Part shown: positions 1 to 9,575 of the stretch, in pieces
How positions within the stretch are numbered: position 1 is the first letter of the stretch
Layout: the number at the start of each line of letters is the position of its first letter
From: Elusimicrobiota bacterium
Lineage (GTDB): Bacteria; Elusimicrobiota; Elusimicrobia; UBA1565; JACRDR01
Length of the DNA: 64,000 nt
Assembly (NCBI GenBank): GCA_041694815.1
Contig: JBGFSC010000033.1
Location: 32,001-96,000 of the forward strand
Direction of reading: 5' to 3'
Notes under the pieces: generated by a model
The model's database searches: none
The model's input: only the letters and a program-made list of their open reading frames with translations
What the model was told of the DNA's origin: nothing
Program-made: the position numbers and the translations under genes

Positions 1-2
1 GC

Positions 3-593
3 AACGGCATCATGCATTGGTATCCTCTCTTCGCCGCCGAGGTTGGATTCAAGAAATCGTTCTGGATCACCCAAAACTGGGGCTTGACGCTGCTCATCGC
101 CGGGGTGGCCGGCGCTTTCCTTACGGGCTGGGCTTCCGACCGACTATTCCAGTCCCGCCGCGCGCCGATGGCGGCCATCCTCTACGGGCTGATGGCGGTC
201 AGTTCGCTCGTGATGGCATTGACGCTCGGCAAGTCGCTGTGGTGGGGAGGAGCGGCGACGCTGCTCATTTCGCTCTCCGTTATCGGCGTCCACGGCATCC
301 TGTCGGGAACGTCGACTGCAGATTTCGGAGGCGCCAAAAACGCGGGCGCCGCGGTCGGCGTTGTCGATGGCATGGTTTATCTTGGCACGGGCCTGCAATC
401 GGTAATCATCGGTAACATCACCCCGGTCGGAGAGGCCGCCAAGGATCCCGGCAATTGGTTTTGGTGGCCTATGTTTCTTGTGCCGTTCTCATTTATCGGC
501 CTCGTTCTGTCGGCGAGAATATGGAACGCCGTGCCGAGGAAGGCCGGAGCATCGGTCCCGGTACCAAATACCGCAGAAGCGGCGGCAGCCTAG
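3..593 (+). CDS. MFS transporter, GlpT/UhpT (organophosphate antiporter)-like, 5'-truncated by window edge
   Basis: Multiple TM helices; GWASDRLFQSRR loop motif; GAAVGVVDGMVYLG resembles the GlpT-family C-terminal half; frame is open from position 3. Confidence 0.75.
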   Translation, partial: NGIMHWYPLFAAEVGFKKSFWITQNWGLTLLIAGVAGAFLTGWASDRLFQSRRAPMAAILYGLMAVSSLVMALTLGKSLWWGGAATLLISLSVIGVHGILSGTSTADFGGAKNAGAAVGVVDGMVYLGTGLQSVIIGNITPVGEAAKDPGNWFWWPMFLVPFSFIGLVLSARIWNAVPRKAGASVPVPNTAEAAAA

Positions 594-666
594 CGGGTCT
601 CATTTCCTCAAAAAGTACCAATCTTCTAAGGACACAGCTTTTTCCTGGTTAAAGGCGATTTTCTTA

Positions 667-675
667 TGCTATAAT
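667..675 (+). promoter_or_regulatory. Extended -10 promoter element (TGcTATAAT) upstream of tpiA/BMC operon
   Basis: tgctataat in AT-rich intergenic DNA ~50 bp upstream of the tpiA ATG. Confidence 0.55.
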
Positions 676-725
676 TGTGCCCTGTCGTTGACGGTGCCGT
701 TTGTGGCCAAATTGACCACAATCGA

Positions 726-1520
726 ATGACATCCACGCTTAGACGGCCGATCATCGCGGGCAATTGGAAGATGAATTTGAGCCTGCGGGAATCGGCCGAT
801 TTGATTCGCGCCCTGCTCGACGGCATCCCCGCCCCAGGCTCGGGTCCCGAGATCATTGTTGCCCCTCCCTTCACCGCCTTGACCGTGGCCGCCGAGCTTC
901 TTAGGGGCCGGCCCGTGCGCCTGGCGGCTCAAAATCTCTTTTGGGAGAAATCCGGGGCTTTCACCGGCGAGATATCTCCCGCCCAGCTCAAGGACGCCGG
1001 CTGTTCCGCGGTGATCATAGGCCACTCGGAACGCCGCAGGCTTTTCGGCGACAGCGACGCCTCCGTGGCCAAGAAGCTCAAGGCGGCGCTGGGCGAGGGG
1101 CTCCTCCCAATCGTCTGCATCGGCGAGACCTTGGAGGAACGCGAAGGCCAGAAAACCTACCGGGTGCTTGAGACCCAGATCCAGGGGGCCCTGCAGGGAC
1201 TGGCACCGTCCGAGCTGGCGACCCTGGTGATCGCCTACGAGCCGGTCTGGGCCATCGGCACGGGCAAAACGGCCACGCCGGCCCAGGCCCAGGACGCGCA
1301 TCTGTTCATCCGCAAGCAATTAGCGAGGCTGCACGGCGAGGGCTTCGCCCAGGCCGCGCGAATCCTATACGGGGGATCGGTGGCCCCGGAGAACATCGAC
1401 TCCCTGATGGCGCAGCCGGATGTCGACGGCGCCTTAGTCGGGGGGGCCAGCCTAAAACCCGTTTCATTCCTCAGGATCGTTCATTATAAAAAGGAGATTT
1501 TGCATGGATCAAAATCCTGA
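726..1520 (+). CDS. tpiA: Triosephosphate isomerase
   Basis: [44 protein letters not shown] motifs; ATG at 726 preferred over the ORF-track start at 675. Confidence 0.97.
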   Translation: MTSTLRRPIIAGNWKMNLSLRESADLIRALLDGIPAPGSGPEIIVAPPFTALTVAAELLRGRPVRLAAQNLFWEKSGAFTGEISPAQLKDAGCSAVIIGHSERRRLFGDSDASVAKKLKAALGEGLLPIVCIGETLEEREGQKTYRVLETQIQGALQGLAPSELATLVIAYEPVWAIGTGKTATPAQAQDAHLFIRKQLARLHGEGFAQAARILYGGSVAPENIDSLMAQPDVDGALVGGASLKPVSFLRIVHYKKEILHGSKS

Positions 1521-2142
1521 ATTGGCCAAGCGGATCACCGAAAAGGTGGTCGAGAGGATGGAGCGCTCCAAGACTCCGATTCCCGTCGGCGTGTCCAACC
1601 GGCATGCCCATCTGGACCAGGCGCATTGGGACATCCTTTTCGGCAAGGAGCTCTCCCCCCGCAAGTTCCGCTCGGTCAAGCAGCCTGGTTTCTTCGCCTG
1701 CTACGAGACCGTCGACATCGAGGGCCCCAAGGGTAAAATCTCCAACGTGCGTCTCATCGCCCCGCACCGCCCCAAGACCCAGATCGAAATTTCTAAAACC
1801 GACGCCAGCACGCTGGGCCTGCGCCCCCCGGTGCGGGACTCGGGCAAGCTGGAAGGGTCGGCCCCCGTGCGCATCATCGGCCCCAAGGGCTCCATCGAGA
1901 TCAAGGAGGGGCTCATCATCGCCCGGCGGCACATCCATTTCCACCCGCTCGAAGCCAAGGCCATGGGCGTGCAGGACGGCGAGATCGTCCGGGTACGCGC
2001 GGGATCGGGCGGCATCCGCGAACTGATTTTCGAGCAGGTCTTGGTGAGGGTCTCCGACCAGTTCAGCTTGGAGATCCACCTGGACACGGACGAGGCCAAC
2101 GCCGCATGGGTGAAGTCGGGCGACTTGGTGAATATCTGTTAA
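1504..2142 (+). CDS. pduL: PduL-type phosphotransacylase with N-terminal encapsulation-peptide-like helix
   Basis: [35 protein letters not shown] motifs. Confidence 0.93.
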   Translation: MDQNPELAKRITEKVVERMERSKTPIPVGVSNRHAHLDQAHWDILFGKELSPRKFRSVKQPGFFACYETVDIEGPKGKISNVRLIAPHRPKTQIEISKTDASTLGLRPPVRDSGKLEGSAPVRIIGPKGSIEIKEGLIIARRHIHFHPLEAKAMGVQDGEIVRVRAGSGGIRELIFEQVLVRVSDQFSLEIHLDTDEANAAWVKSGDLVNIC

Positions 2143-2152
2143 GGAGGAGAAC

Positions 2153-2452
2153 ATGGATGCTCTGGGAATGATCGAGACGAGGGGCCTGGTGGCCTGCGTG
2201 GAAGCCGCCGACGCGGCGGTCAAGGCCGCCAACGTGCGGCTGGTGGGTTATGAGAAGGTGGGCACGGGACTGGTGACGGTGCTCTTCCGCGGAGAGGTCG
2301 CGGCCTGCCGGGCCGCCTGCGACGCGGGAGCCGCCGGCGCGCAGAAGGTGGGCGAGCTCGTGGCGGTGCACGTGATCCCGCAGCCTCACCCCGACCTCGA
2401 GGGCAAGATGCCCATCTCGCTGCCCGAGACGGTCAATCGCGGGAGGAAGTAA
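2153..2452 (+). CDS. BMC shell hexamer protein (BMC-H, PduA/EutM-like)
   Basis: [26 protein letters not shown]...GEVAAC...HVIPQPH; strong RBS AGGAGG. Confidence 0.95.
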   Translation: MDALGMIETRGLVACVEAADAAVKAANVRLVGYEKVGTGLVTVLFRGEVAACRAACDAGAAGAQKVGELVAVHVIPQPHPDLEGKMPISLPETVNRGRK

Positions 2453-2488
2453 CCGTCGTGGGATTAAAACGAATAGGCCCCCTCGGCT

Positions 2489-2515
2489 ACTCGCCTCCCC
2501 GTGGGGGAGGCGAGT
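2489..2515 (+). promoter_or_regulatory. 12-bp perfect hairpin occluding the RBS of the first BMC-P gene
   Basis: actcgcctcccc-gtg-ggggaggcgagt; GGAGG (2506-2510) lies in the stem, ATG at 2519. Confidence 0.6.
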
Positions 2516-2518
2516 GAC

Positions 2519-2824
2519 ATGATATTTGCCAAGGTCGTCGGCACCGTCGTTTGCACGCTTAAGGACGAGAAGCTCGTCGGCACCAAATTGCTCCTGGTCC
2601 AGCCGGTGGACTTGGGTCGCCAGCCGAAGGGAAATCCCATCGTCGCCGTCGATGCCGTCGGCGCCGGCGAGGGGGAGCTGGTGCTGCTGGTGCAAGGATC
2701 GAGCGCCCGGCAGACCGTGCGCACCGAGAGCCGCCCCGTCGACTGCGCGATCTTCGCCATCGTCGACACCGTCGAGAAGGAGGGCAAGACCCTCTTCCAC
2801 AAAGGCCAGGAGGCCGCCGCCTGA
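2519..2824 (+). CDS. BMC vertex pentamer (BMC-P, EutN/CcmL family) 1
   Basis: MIFAKVVGTVVCTLK...VAVDAVGAGEGELVLLVQGSSAR...AIFAIVD. Confidence 0.93.
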   Translation: MIFAKVVGTVVCTLKDEKLVGTKLLLVQPVDLGRQPKGNPIVAVDAVGAGEGELVLLVQGSSARQTVRTESRPVDCAIFAIVDTVEKEGKTLFHKGQEAAA

Positions 2825-4257
2825 TGGCGCTCGAACAGAAGGACATCGCCGAGATCGTGGGCGAGGTGCTCAAGCGGCTGAGCGCGCTTCCAGCGGATCG
2901 GCCGCCCGCCCCGCAGGCGACGGGGACAGGCGTGGTGTTCGCCTCCGTGGACGAGGCGGTGCGGGCGGCGGCCAAGGCGCAGGCCGCCTTCCAGGAGCTC
3001 GGCCTCGAGAAGAGGCGCGCCGTCATCGCGGCGATGCGCGAGGCGGCCGTCTCGAGCGCCGAACGCTGGGCCAAGATGGCTGTCGAGGAGACCGGCATGG
3101 GGCGCTGGCAGGACAAGGTCCAAAAAAACCTCGTCTGCGCCAAGAAGACTCCCGGAGTCGAGGACCTGCAGTCGCGTTCTTACACGGGGGACACGGGCCT
3201 GACCTTGGTCGAATACGCGCCCTACGGAGTCGTCGCGGCGGTCACGCCCTCCACCAATCCGGCCGCCACCATCATCAACAACTCGATCTCGATACTCTCG
3301 GCGGGTAACAGCGTGGTGTTCGCGCCCCACCCCGCGGCTAAGAGGGTCTGCCAGGACGCGATGAGGGCCTTAAGCGAGGCCGCCGTTTCCGCCGGGGCGC
3401 CCGCCGGAGTGATTACTACCTTCGCCGAGGCGACGCAGGAGAACACCAAGGCCTTGCTCGCGCATCCCGAGGTCCGCGTCAACATGGTCACCGGCGGCCC
3501 GGCCATCGTTAAGGTCGCCATGACCACCGGCAAGACCTGCAAGACCATCGCCGCCGGGCCGGGAAATCCGCCTGCTGTCGTTGATGAGACAGCCCTTTTT
3601 CCTAAATGCGCCTCCGACATCATCTTCGGGGCGAGCTTCGACAACTGCGTGCTCTGCACGGCGGAGAAGGAGGCGATCGTCACGCAGGCGGCCCGCGAGC
3701 GCTTCCTCAACTCGATGCGCTCCGACTCGAGGGCCTTCGAGCTTTCCCCCAAGCAGCTCGAGCAATTGACCGCCCTGGTCATCCAGGAGGGCGGGCGCGG
3801 CTGCAAGGATCCTCGGCTTAACCGCGACTATGTCGGCCGCGACGCCGCCGTCATCGCCAAGGGCATCGGGCTCAGCCTCCCGGAGGGCGCGCGGCTTTTA
3901 TGGGCCGAGGTCCCCAACGATCACCCCCTGATCTGGACCGAGCAGCTCATGCCTGTCCTGCCGGTGACCGTCGCCCGCGACGTGGACGCCGCCATAGAAT
4001 TGGCCTACGAGGCCGAGGGCGGCAATCACCACACCGCCTCGATGCACTCGATGAACGTCGACCATCTCACGCGCATGGCGCGGCGCATGCAATGCTCCAT
4101 CTTCGTCAAGAACGCCCCGACGCTATACGGATTGGGCCTGGGGGAGGGCTACGCCTCGATGTCGATCGGCACGCCGACGGGAGACGGGTTGACCAAGGCG
4201 AGCCATTTCGCCCGGCCGCTGCATTGCAGCCTGGTCGGGTATTTTAGGATCGCTTAG
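2824..4257 (+). CDS. BMC-associated acylating aldehyde dehydrogenase (EutE/PduP family)
   Basis: PYGVVAAVTPSTNP, TGGP, AGPGNPP, FDNCVLCTAEK, IGTPTGDG; N-terminal IAEIVGEVLKRL helix. Confidence 0.93.
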   Translation: MALEQKDIAEIVGEVLKRLSALPADRPPAPQATGTGVVFASVDEAVRAAAKAQAAFQELGLEKRRAVIAAMREAAVSSAERWAKMAVEETGMGRWQDKVQKNLVCAKKTPGVEDLQSRSYTGDTGLTLVEYAPYGVVAAVTPSTNPAATIINNSISILSAGNSVVFAPHPAAKRVCQDAMRALSEAAVSAGAPAGVITTFAEATQENTKALLAHPEVRVNMVTGGPAIVKVAMTTGKTCKTIAAGPGNPPAVVDETALFPKCASDIIFGASFDNCVLCTAEKEAIVTQAARERFLNSMRSDSRAFELSPKQLEQLTALVIQEGGRGCKDPRLNRDYVGRDAAVIAKGIGLSLPEGARLLWAEVPNDHPLIWTEQLMPVLPVTVARDVDAAIELAYEAEGGNHHTASMHSMNVDHLTRMARRMQCSIFVKNAPTLYGLGLGEGYASMSIGTPTGDGLTKASHFARPLHCSLVGYFRIA

Positions 4258-4265
4258 GAGGAAGC

Positions 4266-4817
4266 ATGCAAGCCAATCTCGCGGTGGGACTTCTGGAGAC
4301 CTCCTCGATCGCCCGCGGCATCGAGGCGGCCGACGCGATGTGCAAGACGGCGTCGGTGACCTTGAATAAGACCAATATCATCGCCCGCGGAAAATACACG
4401 ATCTTGATCTCGGGGCCCGTCGGGGAGGTTGAATCCTCGCTGCGCGCCGGCATTGAGATCGCCAAGGACTCCGTCATCCATCAATTCATCATCCGCAACG
4501 TGCACCAGCAAGTGCTCGACGCCTTGGAGAAGCGCCTGCCGGTGGAGGCCTTGGAGGCTGTCGGCATCATCGAGACGAAGGAGGCCATCGCGGCCGTGCA
4601 CGCCGCGGACTCCGCGGCGAAGGCGGCCCGCGTGCATCTGCTCGAGGTGAGGGCCGTCGTGCCCGGAGGCAAGGGGCTCGTGACCATGACGGGCGAAGTC
4701 GGCGCCGTGCGCTCGGCGGTGGCCGCGGGCATCGCCTCCGTTCCGCAGGGGATGCTCGTCAGCCATGTCATTATCCCGCAGGCGGATCGGCAGTTATTGG
4801 GCGCGGTCGGCAAATGA
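4266..4817 (+). CDS. Tandem-domain BMC shell protein (BMC-T, PduT-like)
   Basis: Two BMC domains (AVGLLETSSIARGIEAADAM; AVGIIETKEAIAAVHAADSAAKAA), GGKG...GEVGAV. Confidence 0.9.
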   Translation: MQANLAVGLLETSSIARGIEAADAMCKTASVTLNKTNIIARGKYTILISGPVGEVESSLRAGIEIAKDSVIHQFIIRNVHQQVLDALEKRLPVEALEAVGIIETKEAIAAVHAADSAAKAARVHLLEVRAVVPGGKGLVTMTGEVGAVRSAVAAGIASVPQGMLVSHVIIPQADRQLLGAVGK

Positions 4818-5269
4818 ATCTCGTTATCGGCTCCGACCACGCCGGCTTCGAGGCCAAGGAGAGGCTCAAGAAATTCCTCCAGGCCCAGGGGCATGCCGTG
4901 ACCGATTTCGGCTGCTATTCGACGGAGGCTGTCGATTATCCCGATATCGCCCAACTCGTCGGCGAGAGCGTCGCGCGGGGCGAGTTCGAGCGCGGGGTGC
5001 TTTTGGACGGCTTCGGAGGGGCCGTGGCCTTCGCCGCTAACAAGGTGCCCGGCGTTCGGGCCGTCTGCGCCTACGACATCGTCAGCGCCCGTTTTTCGGC
5101 GGCCCACGAGAACGCCAACGTGCTCTGCGTCGGCGGCAAGACGCATGGCGAATTGGCCCTGCAGGAGATACTCAAGGCCTTCTTGTCGACCCCCTTCGAG
5201 GGCGGGCGGCACGAGCGGCGATTGGCCAAGGTGTTGTCCATCGAGTCGAAGTACGGGGGAACCAGGTGA
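4814..5269 (+). CDS. rpiB: RpiB/LacA/LacB family sugar-phosphate isomerase
   Basis: IGSDHAGF, DYPD, AANKVPGVRA, HENANVL, FEGGRHERR. Confidence 0.88.
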   Translation: MNLVIGSDHAGFEAKERLKKFLQAQGHAVTDFGCYSTEAVDYPDIAQLVGESVARGEFERGVLLDGFGGAVAFAANKVPGVRAVCAYDIVSARFSAAHENANVLCVGGKTHGELALQEILKAFLSTPFEGGRHERRLAKVLSIESKYGGTR

Positions 5270-5547
5270 AGCTGGCTCGGGTGATCGGCCGCGTGTTCTG
5301 TGCCCGCCAGTCGGAGGCGATCGACGGCAAAAAGTTGCTCTTGATCCAGCCCCTCGCGTGGGAAGACGAGACGCCGAAGGGAGACCCGCTGGTCGCTTTG
5401 GATGCCGTCGGCGCCGGGGCCTCCGAAAAAGTCTACTGGGTCGCGGCGCGCGAGGCGGCCGTCGCCTTCGAGGACCTGCCTCCCACCGACGCCGCCGTCG
5501 TCGGCATCGTCGAGGGGCATCAGGTCCGAGACTTCAGGAGGCAATGA
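5266..5547 (+). CDS. BMC-P (EutN/CcmL family) 2
   Basis: LARVIGRV...KKLLLIQP...VALDAVGAG...DAAVVGIVE. Confidence 0.9.
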   Translation: MKLARVIGRVFCARQSEAIDGKKLLLIQPLAWEDETPKGDPLVALDAVGAGASEKVYWVAAREAAVAFEDLPPTDAAVVGIVEGHQVRDFRRQ

Positions 5548-5843
5548 TGTTCTTAGCGGAAGTGGTCGGCAATGTCTGGGGGACGCGCAAACACCCCTCC
5601 CTGGAGGGCAAGCGCCTGCTGCTGGTGCGGCCGATCGACCCGATGACGGAAAAGCCCCTTGGCGAGACGCTCATGGCCCTAGACGGTGGGGTAGGCTCGG
5701 GGCCGGGCTCCGTCGTGTTGGTGATGGACGAAGGGGGTTCCGCCCGGCAGATTTTAAAGGACGAGAAGGCGCCCGTTCGGGCAGTGGTCTGCGCGGTGGT
5801 CGACCAGGTCGCCGCGGGGCGGGAGGCGAAGCGCTATGCGTGA
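5544..5843 (+). CDS. BMC-P (EutN/CcmL family) 3
   Basis: [29 protein letters not shown]...[23 protein letters not shown]; start at 5544 or 5547, not 5145. Confidence 0.9.
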   Translation: MMFLAEVVGNVWGTRKHPSLEGKRLLLVRPIDPMTEKPLGETLMALDGGVGSGPGSVVLVMDEGGSARQILKDEKAPVRAVVCAVVDQVAAGREAKRYA

Positions 5844-6876
5844 GGCCGAGATCAAGCAGGTCGTCGATGCCGTCGTGCGGGTACTGGCCGAGAAGGGGAT
5901 GCTCAATAAGGATTGCGGCTGCGGGGCGTCTTCCAAGGCGCACCAGCCGGTGACGGTAACGACCGGCACGGCCGGCAAGATTTTTTCGGACGCGTGGCGC
6001 TCGCCAAGCCCGGCTAAAAGCGCTCCGGTCCGGCCCCAGGCGCAGTCCCAGCCGGAAGAGGAGATCGAGCATACCTCCGCTCCCGGCTGCCCGCATTGCG
6101 CGCCCGTGGCCGAATGTAGCCCCGGGCAACTCTCGGCCCTGGGGGTCGACCGCATCGCGGTCTGTCACCCCACCAAGAACTGCTCTAAGATCGCTCGCAC
6201 CGTCGACCATACCCTGCTTAAGCCCAACGCCACCCAGGAGGAGGTCGCCAAGCTTTGCGAGGAGGCGCGCGCCTACTGCTTCGCCTCCGTCTGCGTCAAC
6301 CCGAGCTATGTGGCGCTCTGTTCGAGGCTGCTTAAGGGCTCGGGGGTCAAGATCTGCACCGTCATCGGATTCCCCCTGGGCTCCACCACGCCGACGGTCA
6401 AGGCCATCGAGGCGAGGGATGCCATCGCCAACGGGGCTGACGAGATCGACATGGTGCTAAACATCGGGGCCCTCAAGTCGGGCAATGACGCGCTGGCCGA
6501 GGGAGATATCCGCGCGGTGCGCGAGGCCACCCGAGGCAAAGTCTTGAAAGTGATTTTGGAAACTGCTCTCCTGACCCAGGACGAGAAGCTGCGCGCCTGT
6601 AAGCTCGCCAAATCGGCGGGCGCCGACTTCGTCAAGACCTCGACCGGCTTCGGCGGGGGAGGGGCGACGGTCGAGGATATCCGCCTCATGCGCGGGGCGG
6701 TTGGGCCGCTCATGGGTGTCAAGGCCTCCGGGGGCATCCGCGACGCCGCCACCGCGCAGGCCATGCTGGAGGCCGGAGCGACCCGGCTGGGCACCTCGGC
6801 GAGCATCGCGATCGTCACCACGCCGGGCGCCGCTGAGGCCGCCGCCCCCGGCGCCAAGGAAGGAGGGAAATACTGA
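5836..6876 (+). CDS. deoC: Deoxyribose-phosphate aldolase with ~115-aa N-terminal extension
   Basis: [51 protein letters not shown] motifs. Confidence 0.95.
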   Translation: MREAEIKQVVDAVVRVLAEKGMLNKDCGCGASSKAHQPVTVTTGTAGKIFSDAWRSPSPAKSAPVRPQAQSQPEEEIEHTSAPGCPHCAPVAECSPGQLSALGVDRIAVCHPTKNCSKIARTVDHTLLKPNATQEEVAKLCEEARAYCFASVCVNPSYVALCSRLLKGSGVKICTVIGFPLGSTTPTVKAIEARDAIANGADEIDMVLNIGALKSGNDALAEGDIRAVREATRGKVLKVILETALLTQDEKLRACKLAKSAGADFVKTSTGFGGGGATVEDIRLMRGAVGPLMGVKASGGIRDAATAQAMLEAGATRLGTSASIAIVTTPGAAEAAAPGAKEGGKY

Positions 6877-7148
6877 TGGCGACACGGATCAAGATGCGAA
6901 TCGACCTTCAATGCGGGTCCTGCTCCGCCCTGATCCATCAAGCCGACCCGCCGCAGCGTTTTTGCCCGTGCTGCGGGGCCGGCTTCGAGCGCTTTTGCCT
7001 CAAATGCGGCAAGAAGGTGGACATGTACTTCGAGGAGTGGTGGCCCGAGGAAGACGAGTGCCTGAGGACCTATTCTCCCGCCAAACGCTGTCCTAGCTGC
7101 AATAGCGGCTTGGAAGTCGAAGAACGCGAAATCGAAGAGGGGGACTAA
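6876..7148 (+). CDS. Double zinc-ribbon protein
   Basis: CGSC, CPCC, CLKC, CPSC knuckles; start overlaps deoC stop. Confidence 0.75.
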   Translation: MATRIKMRIDLQCGSCSALIHQADPPQRFCPCCGAGFERFCLKCGKKVDMYFEEWWPEEDECLRTYSPAKRCPSCNSGLEVEEREIEEGD

Positions 7149-7447
7149 TGTCAGAAATCCGGGAAGCGCTGGGGCTCGTGGAAACCAAGGGGTTCGTCGG
7201 CATGATCGAGGCCTCCGACGCCATGGCCAAGGCGGCCAAGGTGCGGCTAGTCGGCTACGAGAAGGTGGGCAACGGGCTGGTCACGACTCTTTGCCGGGGC
7301 GAGGTGGGCGCCGTGCGCGCGGCCGTCGAGGCGGCTGCCGCAGCCGCCCAGAAGGTCGGCGAACTGGTGTCCGTCCACGTGATTCCCAGGCCCCACGACG
7401 ACCTGGAACGGTACCTGGATGCCATCGCCGTGAAGCTCAAGGCGTAA
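7148..7447 (+). CDS. BMC shell hexamer protein (BMC-H) 2
   Basis: [24 protein letters not shown]...GEVGAVRAA...HVIPRPH. Confidence 0.95.
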   Translation: MSEIREALGLVETKGFVGMIEASDAMAKAAKVRLVGYEKVGNGLVTTLCRGEVGAVRAAVEAAAAAAQKVGELVSVHVIPRPHDDLERYLDAIAVKLKA

Positions 7448-7471
7448 GCCCTCCGGGCGCGACGCCGGACG

Positions 7472-7705
7472 ATGTACACCGCCGACGACCTTATCGACGC
7501 TATTTTCGAATGCCTGCCCCGCGACGCCCGGGCGCCGCGGCCACCCGCCCCCTCCCCCCGCGGTCGGCCTTTCCTGACGGAGGCGGCCATCAAAAAGGCG
7601 TTGACTCCCGGAGCCCGACACCTTACAATACCAAGGGACTCCATCGTCAGCCCTTTGGCCCTCGATTGGCTGACGCTCAAGGGCGTAGAAATCATCCGCG
7701 AGTAG
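7472..7705 (+). CDS. Small BMC-locus hypothetical protein
   Basis: N-terminal amphipathic helix, Pro linker, then FLTEAAIKK...IVSPLALDWL domain; ends the BMC operon. Confidence 0.65.
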   Translation: MYTADDLIDAIFECLPRDARAPRPPAPSPRGRPFLTEAAIKKALTPGARHLTIPRDSIVSPLALDWLTLKGVEIIRE

Positions 7706-7724
7706 CATTATTAAGGAGAGCCGA

Positions 7725-8801
7725 ATGGACGTAAGCAGCTTGCTCAAATTGATGGTCCAAAGGGAGATTTCCGACATCCATTTCAAGGCGGATTCTTCCC
7801 CCGCCTTAAGGATCCATGGCCAGATGATCCCGGCCTCGAACATCCAGAAGCTTAGCGCCGAGGACGTCAAGGGAATCGCCTATCAATTGATGACCCCCCA
7901 GCAGGTCAAGCATTTCGAGGGAGAAGACGAGATGGATTTTGCCTACAGCCTTCCCGGGGTGGCGCGTTTTCGCATCAACGTCTACCGGCAGAGGGGCTCG
8001 GTGGGCCTGACCATGCGGGTAGTTCCCTTGAAGGTGGGTGATTTCCAGTCGCTCAATCTTCCCGCCCAAGCCTTGACCCGGTTGGCCCAGGAAAGCCGCG
8101 GCCTGATCCTGTTTACGGGCATCACCGGGGCGGGAAAAACAACCTCGATGAACAGTTTCCTCAACTATATCAACGCCAACTACCAGTACCGGATCATCAC
8201 CGTCGAAGACCCCATCGAGTTCTATCATCAGGACCTCAAATCCTCCGTCGTGCAGCGGGAGGTGGGCCACGACACCCGCTCCTTCGCCCACGCCCTGCGG
8301 CACGTGCTCCGGCAGGACCCGGACCTCGTCGTCATCGGGGAGATGCGGGACTTCGAGACGATCCAGGCGGCGATACTGGCGGCCGAGACAGGTCATCTGG
8401 TGCTCTCGACCCTGCATACGATGGACGCGGTGCAGACCATCGACCGAATCATCGACGCCCATCCCGCGCACCAGCACCCCCAGGTGCGGCAGCAATTGGC
8501 CAACACGCTCAAGGGGGTCGTCGGGCAGCGCCTGGTGCCGACCCAGGACGGCAAGGGCCGCGTCCCCGCCACCGAGATCATGGTGGCCAACAGCCTGTCC
8601 CGGCGGCATATCCTGGAGGGCAAGAACGCCGAGCTCTATAAGCTGATGGAGGGCGGCGCCTACTACGGCATGCACACCTTCGACCAGGACCTTATCCGCC
8701 TCGTCCAAGAGCAGAAGATCGACCAGAAGACAGCGTTGGAGAACGCCAGCAATCCCGAGGATATCGCGCTCAAGATGCGCGGCGTTTCGGCGGGGGTCTA
8801 A
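7725..8801 (+). CDS. PilT/PilU family type IV pilus retraction ATPase
   Basis: SDIH, RFRINVY, Walker A GITGAGKT, EDPIE, QREVG, LRQDPD..IGEMRD, AAETGHLVLSTLHT; lacks the AIRNLIRE motif. Confidence 0.93.
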   Translation: MDVSSLLKLMVQREISDIHFKADSSPALRIHGQMIPASNIQKLSAEDVKGIAYQLMTPQQVKHFEGEDEMDFAYSLPGVARFRINVYRQRGSVGLTMRVVPLKVGDFQSLNLPAQALTRLAQESRGLILFTGITGAGKTTSMNSFLNYINANYQYRIITVEDPIEFYHQDLKSSVVQREVGHDTRSFAHALRHVLRQDPDLVVIGEMRDFETIQAAILAAETGHLVLSTLHTMDAVQTIDRIIDAHPAHQHPQVRQQLANTLKGVVGQRLVPTQDGKGRVPATEIMVANSLSRRHILEGKNAELYKLMEGGAYYGMHTFDQDLIRLVQEQKIDQKTALENASNPEDIALKMRGVSAGV

Positions 8802-9575
8802 GTGGGAGAACCGGAGGGAGAGAAGGAGGTCGAGTCGATCCTGACGGATCTGGAGTCGATCTTGTCCGGGACTCCTCCCGCCACCCCGCCGGCCAAGGAG
8901 GCGCCCGCCAAGGCGATTGCCGCCAAGCCGGCCGATGTGCCGGAAATCAAGCTTTCCGCGAGCACGACCGCACCGGCCGAAGCAACTCCTCCGATTCCGG
9001 CATCGGCACCGCCTCCTCCGACCATCTCGCTGCCCGCGGCCGCTCCGCCGCCGGTTCAAGCCAAGCCAGCGGTCCAGGCTCCTCCCCTGGTCCAAGCGCC
9101 GCCACCGGTCCAAGAGCCGCCTCCCGTGTCCGTTCCGACGCCGGCGACCGCAGCAACACCGCCCGCTGCCGCGCCGCAGGCTTCCGGGGTTCCCGAGAAT
9201 ACTCCTAAGGACCAGATCCGGCGCGTCGGCTTTCTCTACGCCCCGGAGCAGAAAGGGAACGTGGAGGAGTTTCTGAAATTCATCGATTCGGTGGCATTGA
9301 AGGTGTCCAAGAAACCGTTGTACATCGAACGTGTGATGGTGAGCGAGTTTCCCGAGCAAGGAGATCCCAAGTTGGCCTTCGAGCAGGCTAAGGCAGGGAA
9401 GGCCGTAGGCGTGGTCGGGGTGTTGGCCTCGCTGCCCGAAAGCAGGATACGCGAAATCGAGGAGGTATTCTCTGAAAACGGCATGTTTTATCGGACCGTG
9501 CATCCAGACGACATGCTCAAACGCTCGACCGTGGTCGATCTGCTCGTAGACCTGATGTTGAGCAGCCCTGCTTGA
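8802..9575 (+). CDS. Hypothetical protein with Pro/Ala-rich linker and C-terminal alpha/beta domain
   Basis: Abuts the PilT/PilU stop; short acidic helix, ~100-aa P/A-rich linker, globular C-terminus. Confidence 0.75.
   Translation: MGEPEGEKEVESILTDLESILSGTPPATPPAKEAPAKAIAAKPADVPEIKLSASTTAPAEATPPIPASAPPPPTISLPAAAPPPVQAKPAVQAPPLVQAPPPVQEPPPVSVPTPATAATPPAAAPQASGVPENTPKDQIRRVGFLYAPEQKGNVEEFLKFIDSVALKVSKKPLYIERVMVSEFPEQGDPKLAFEQAKAGKAVGVVGVLASLPESRIREIEEVFSENGMFYRTVHPDDMLKRSTVVDLLVDLMLSSPA

Noticed and set aside
8870..9190. Short tandem repeats (PPVQA-like)
   Set aside because: Low-complexity Pro/Ala linker coding sequence, not an independent DNA element
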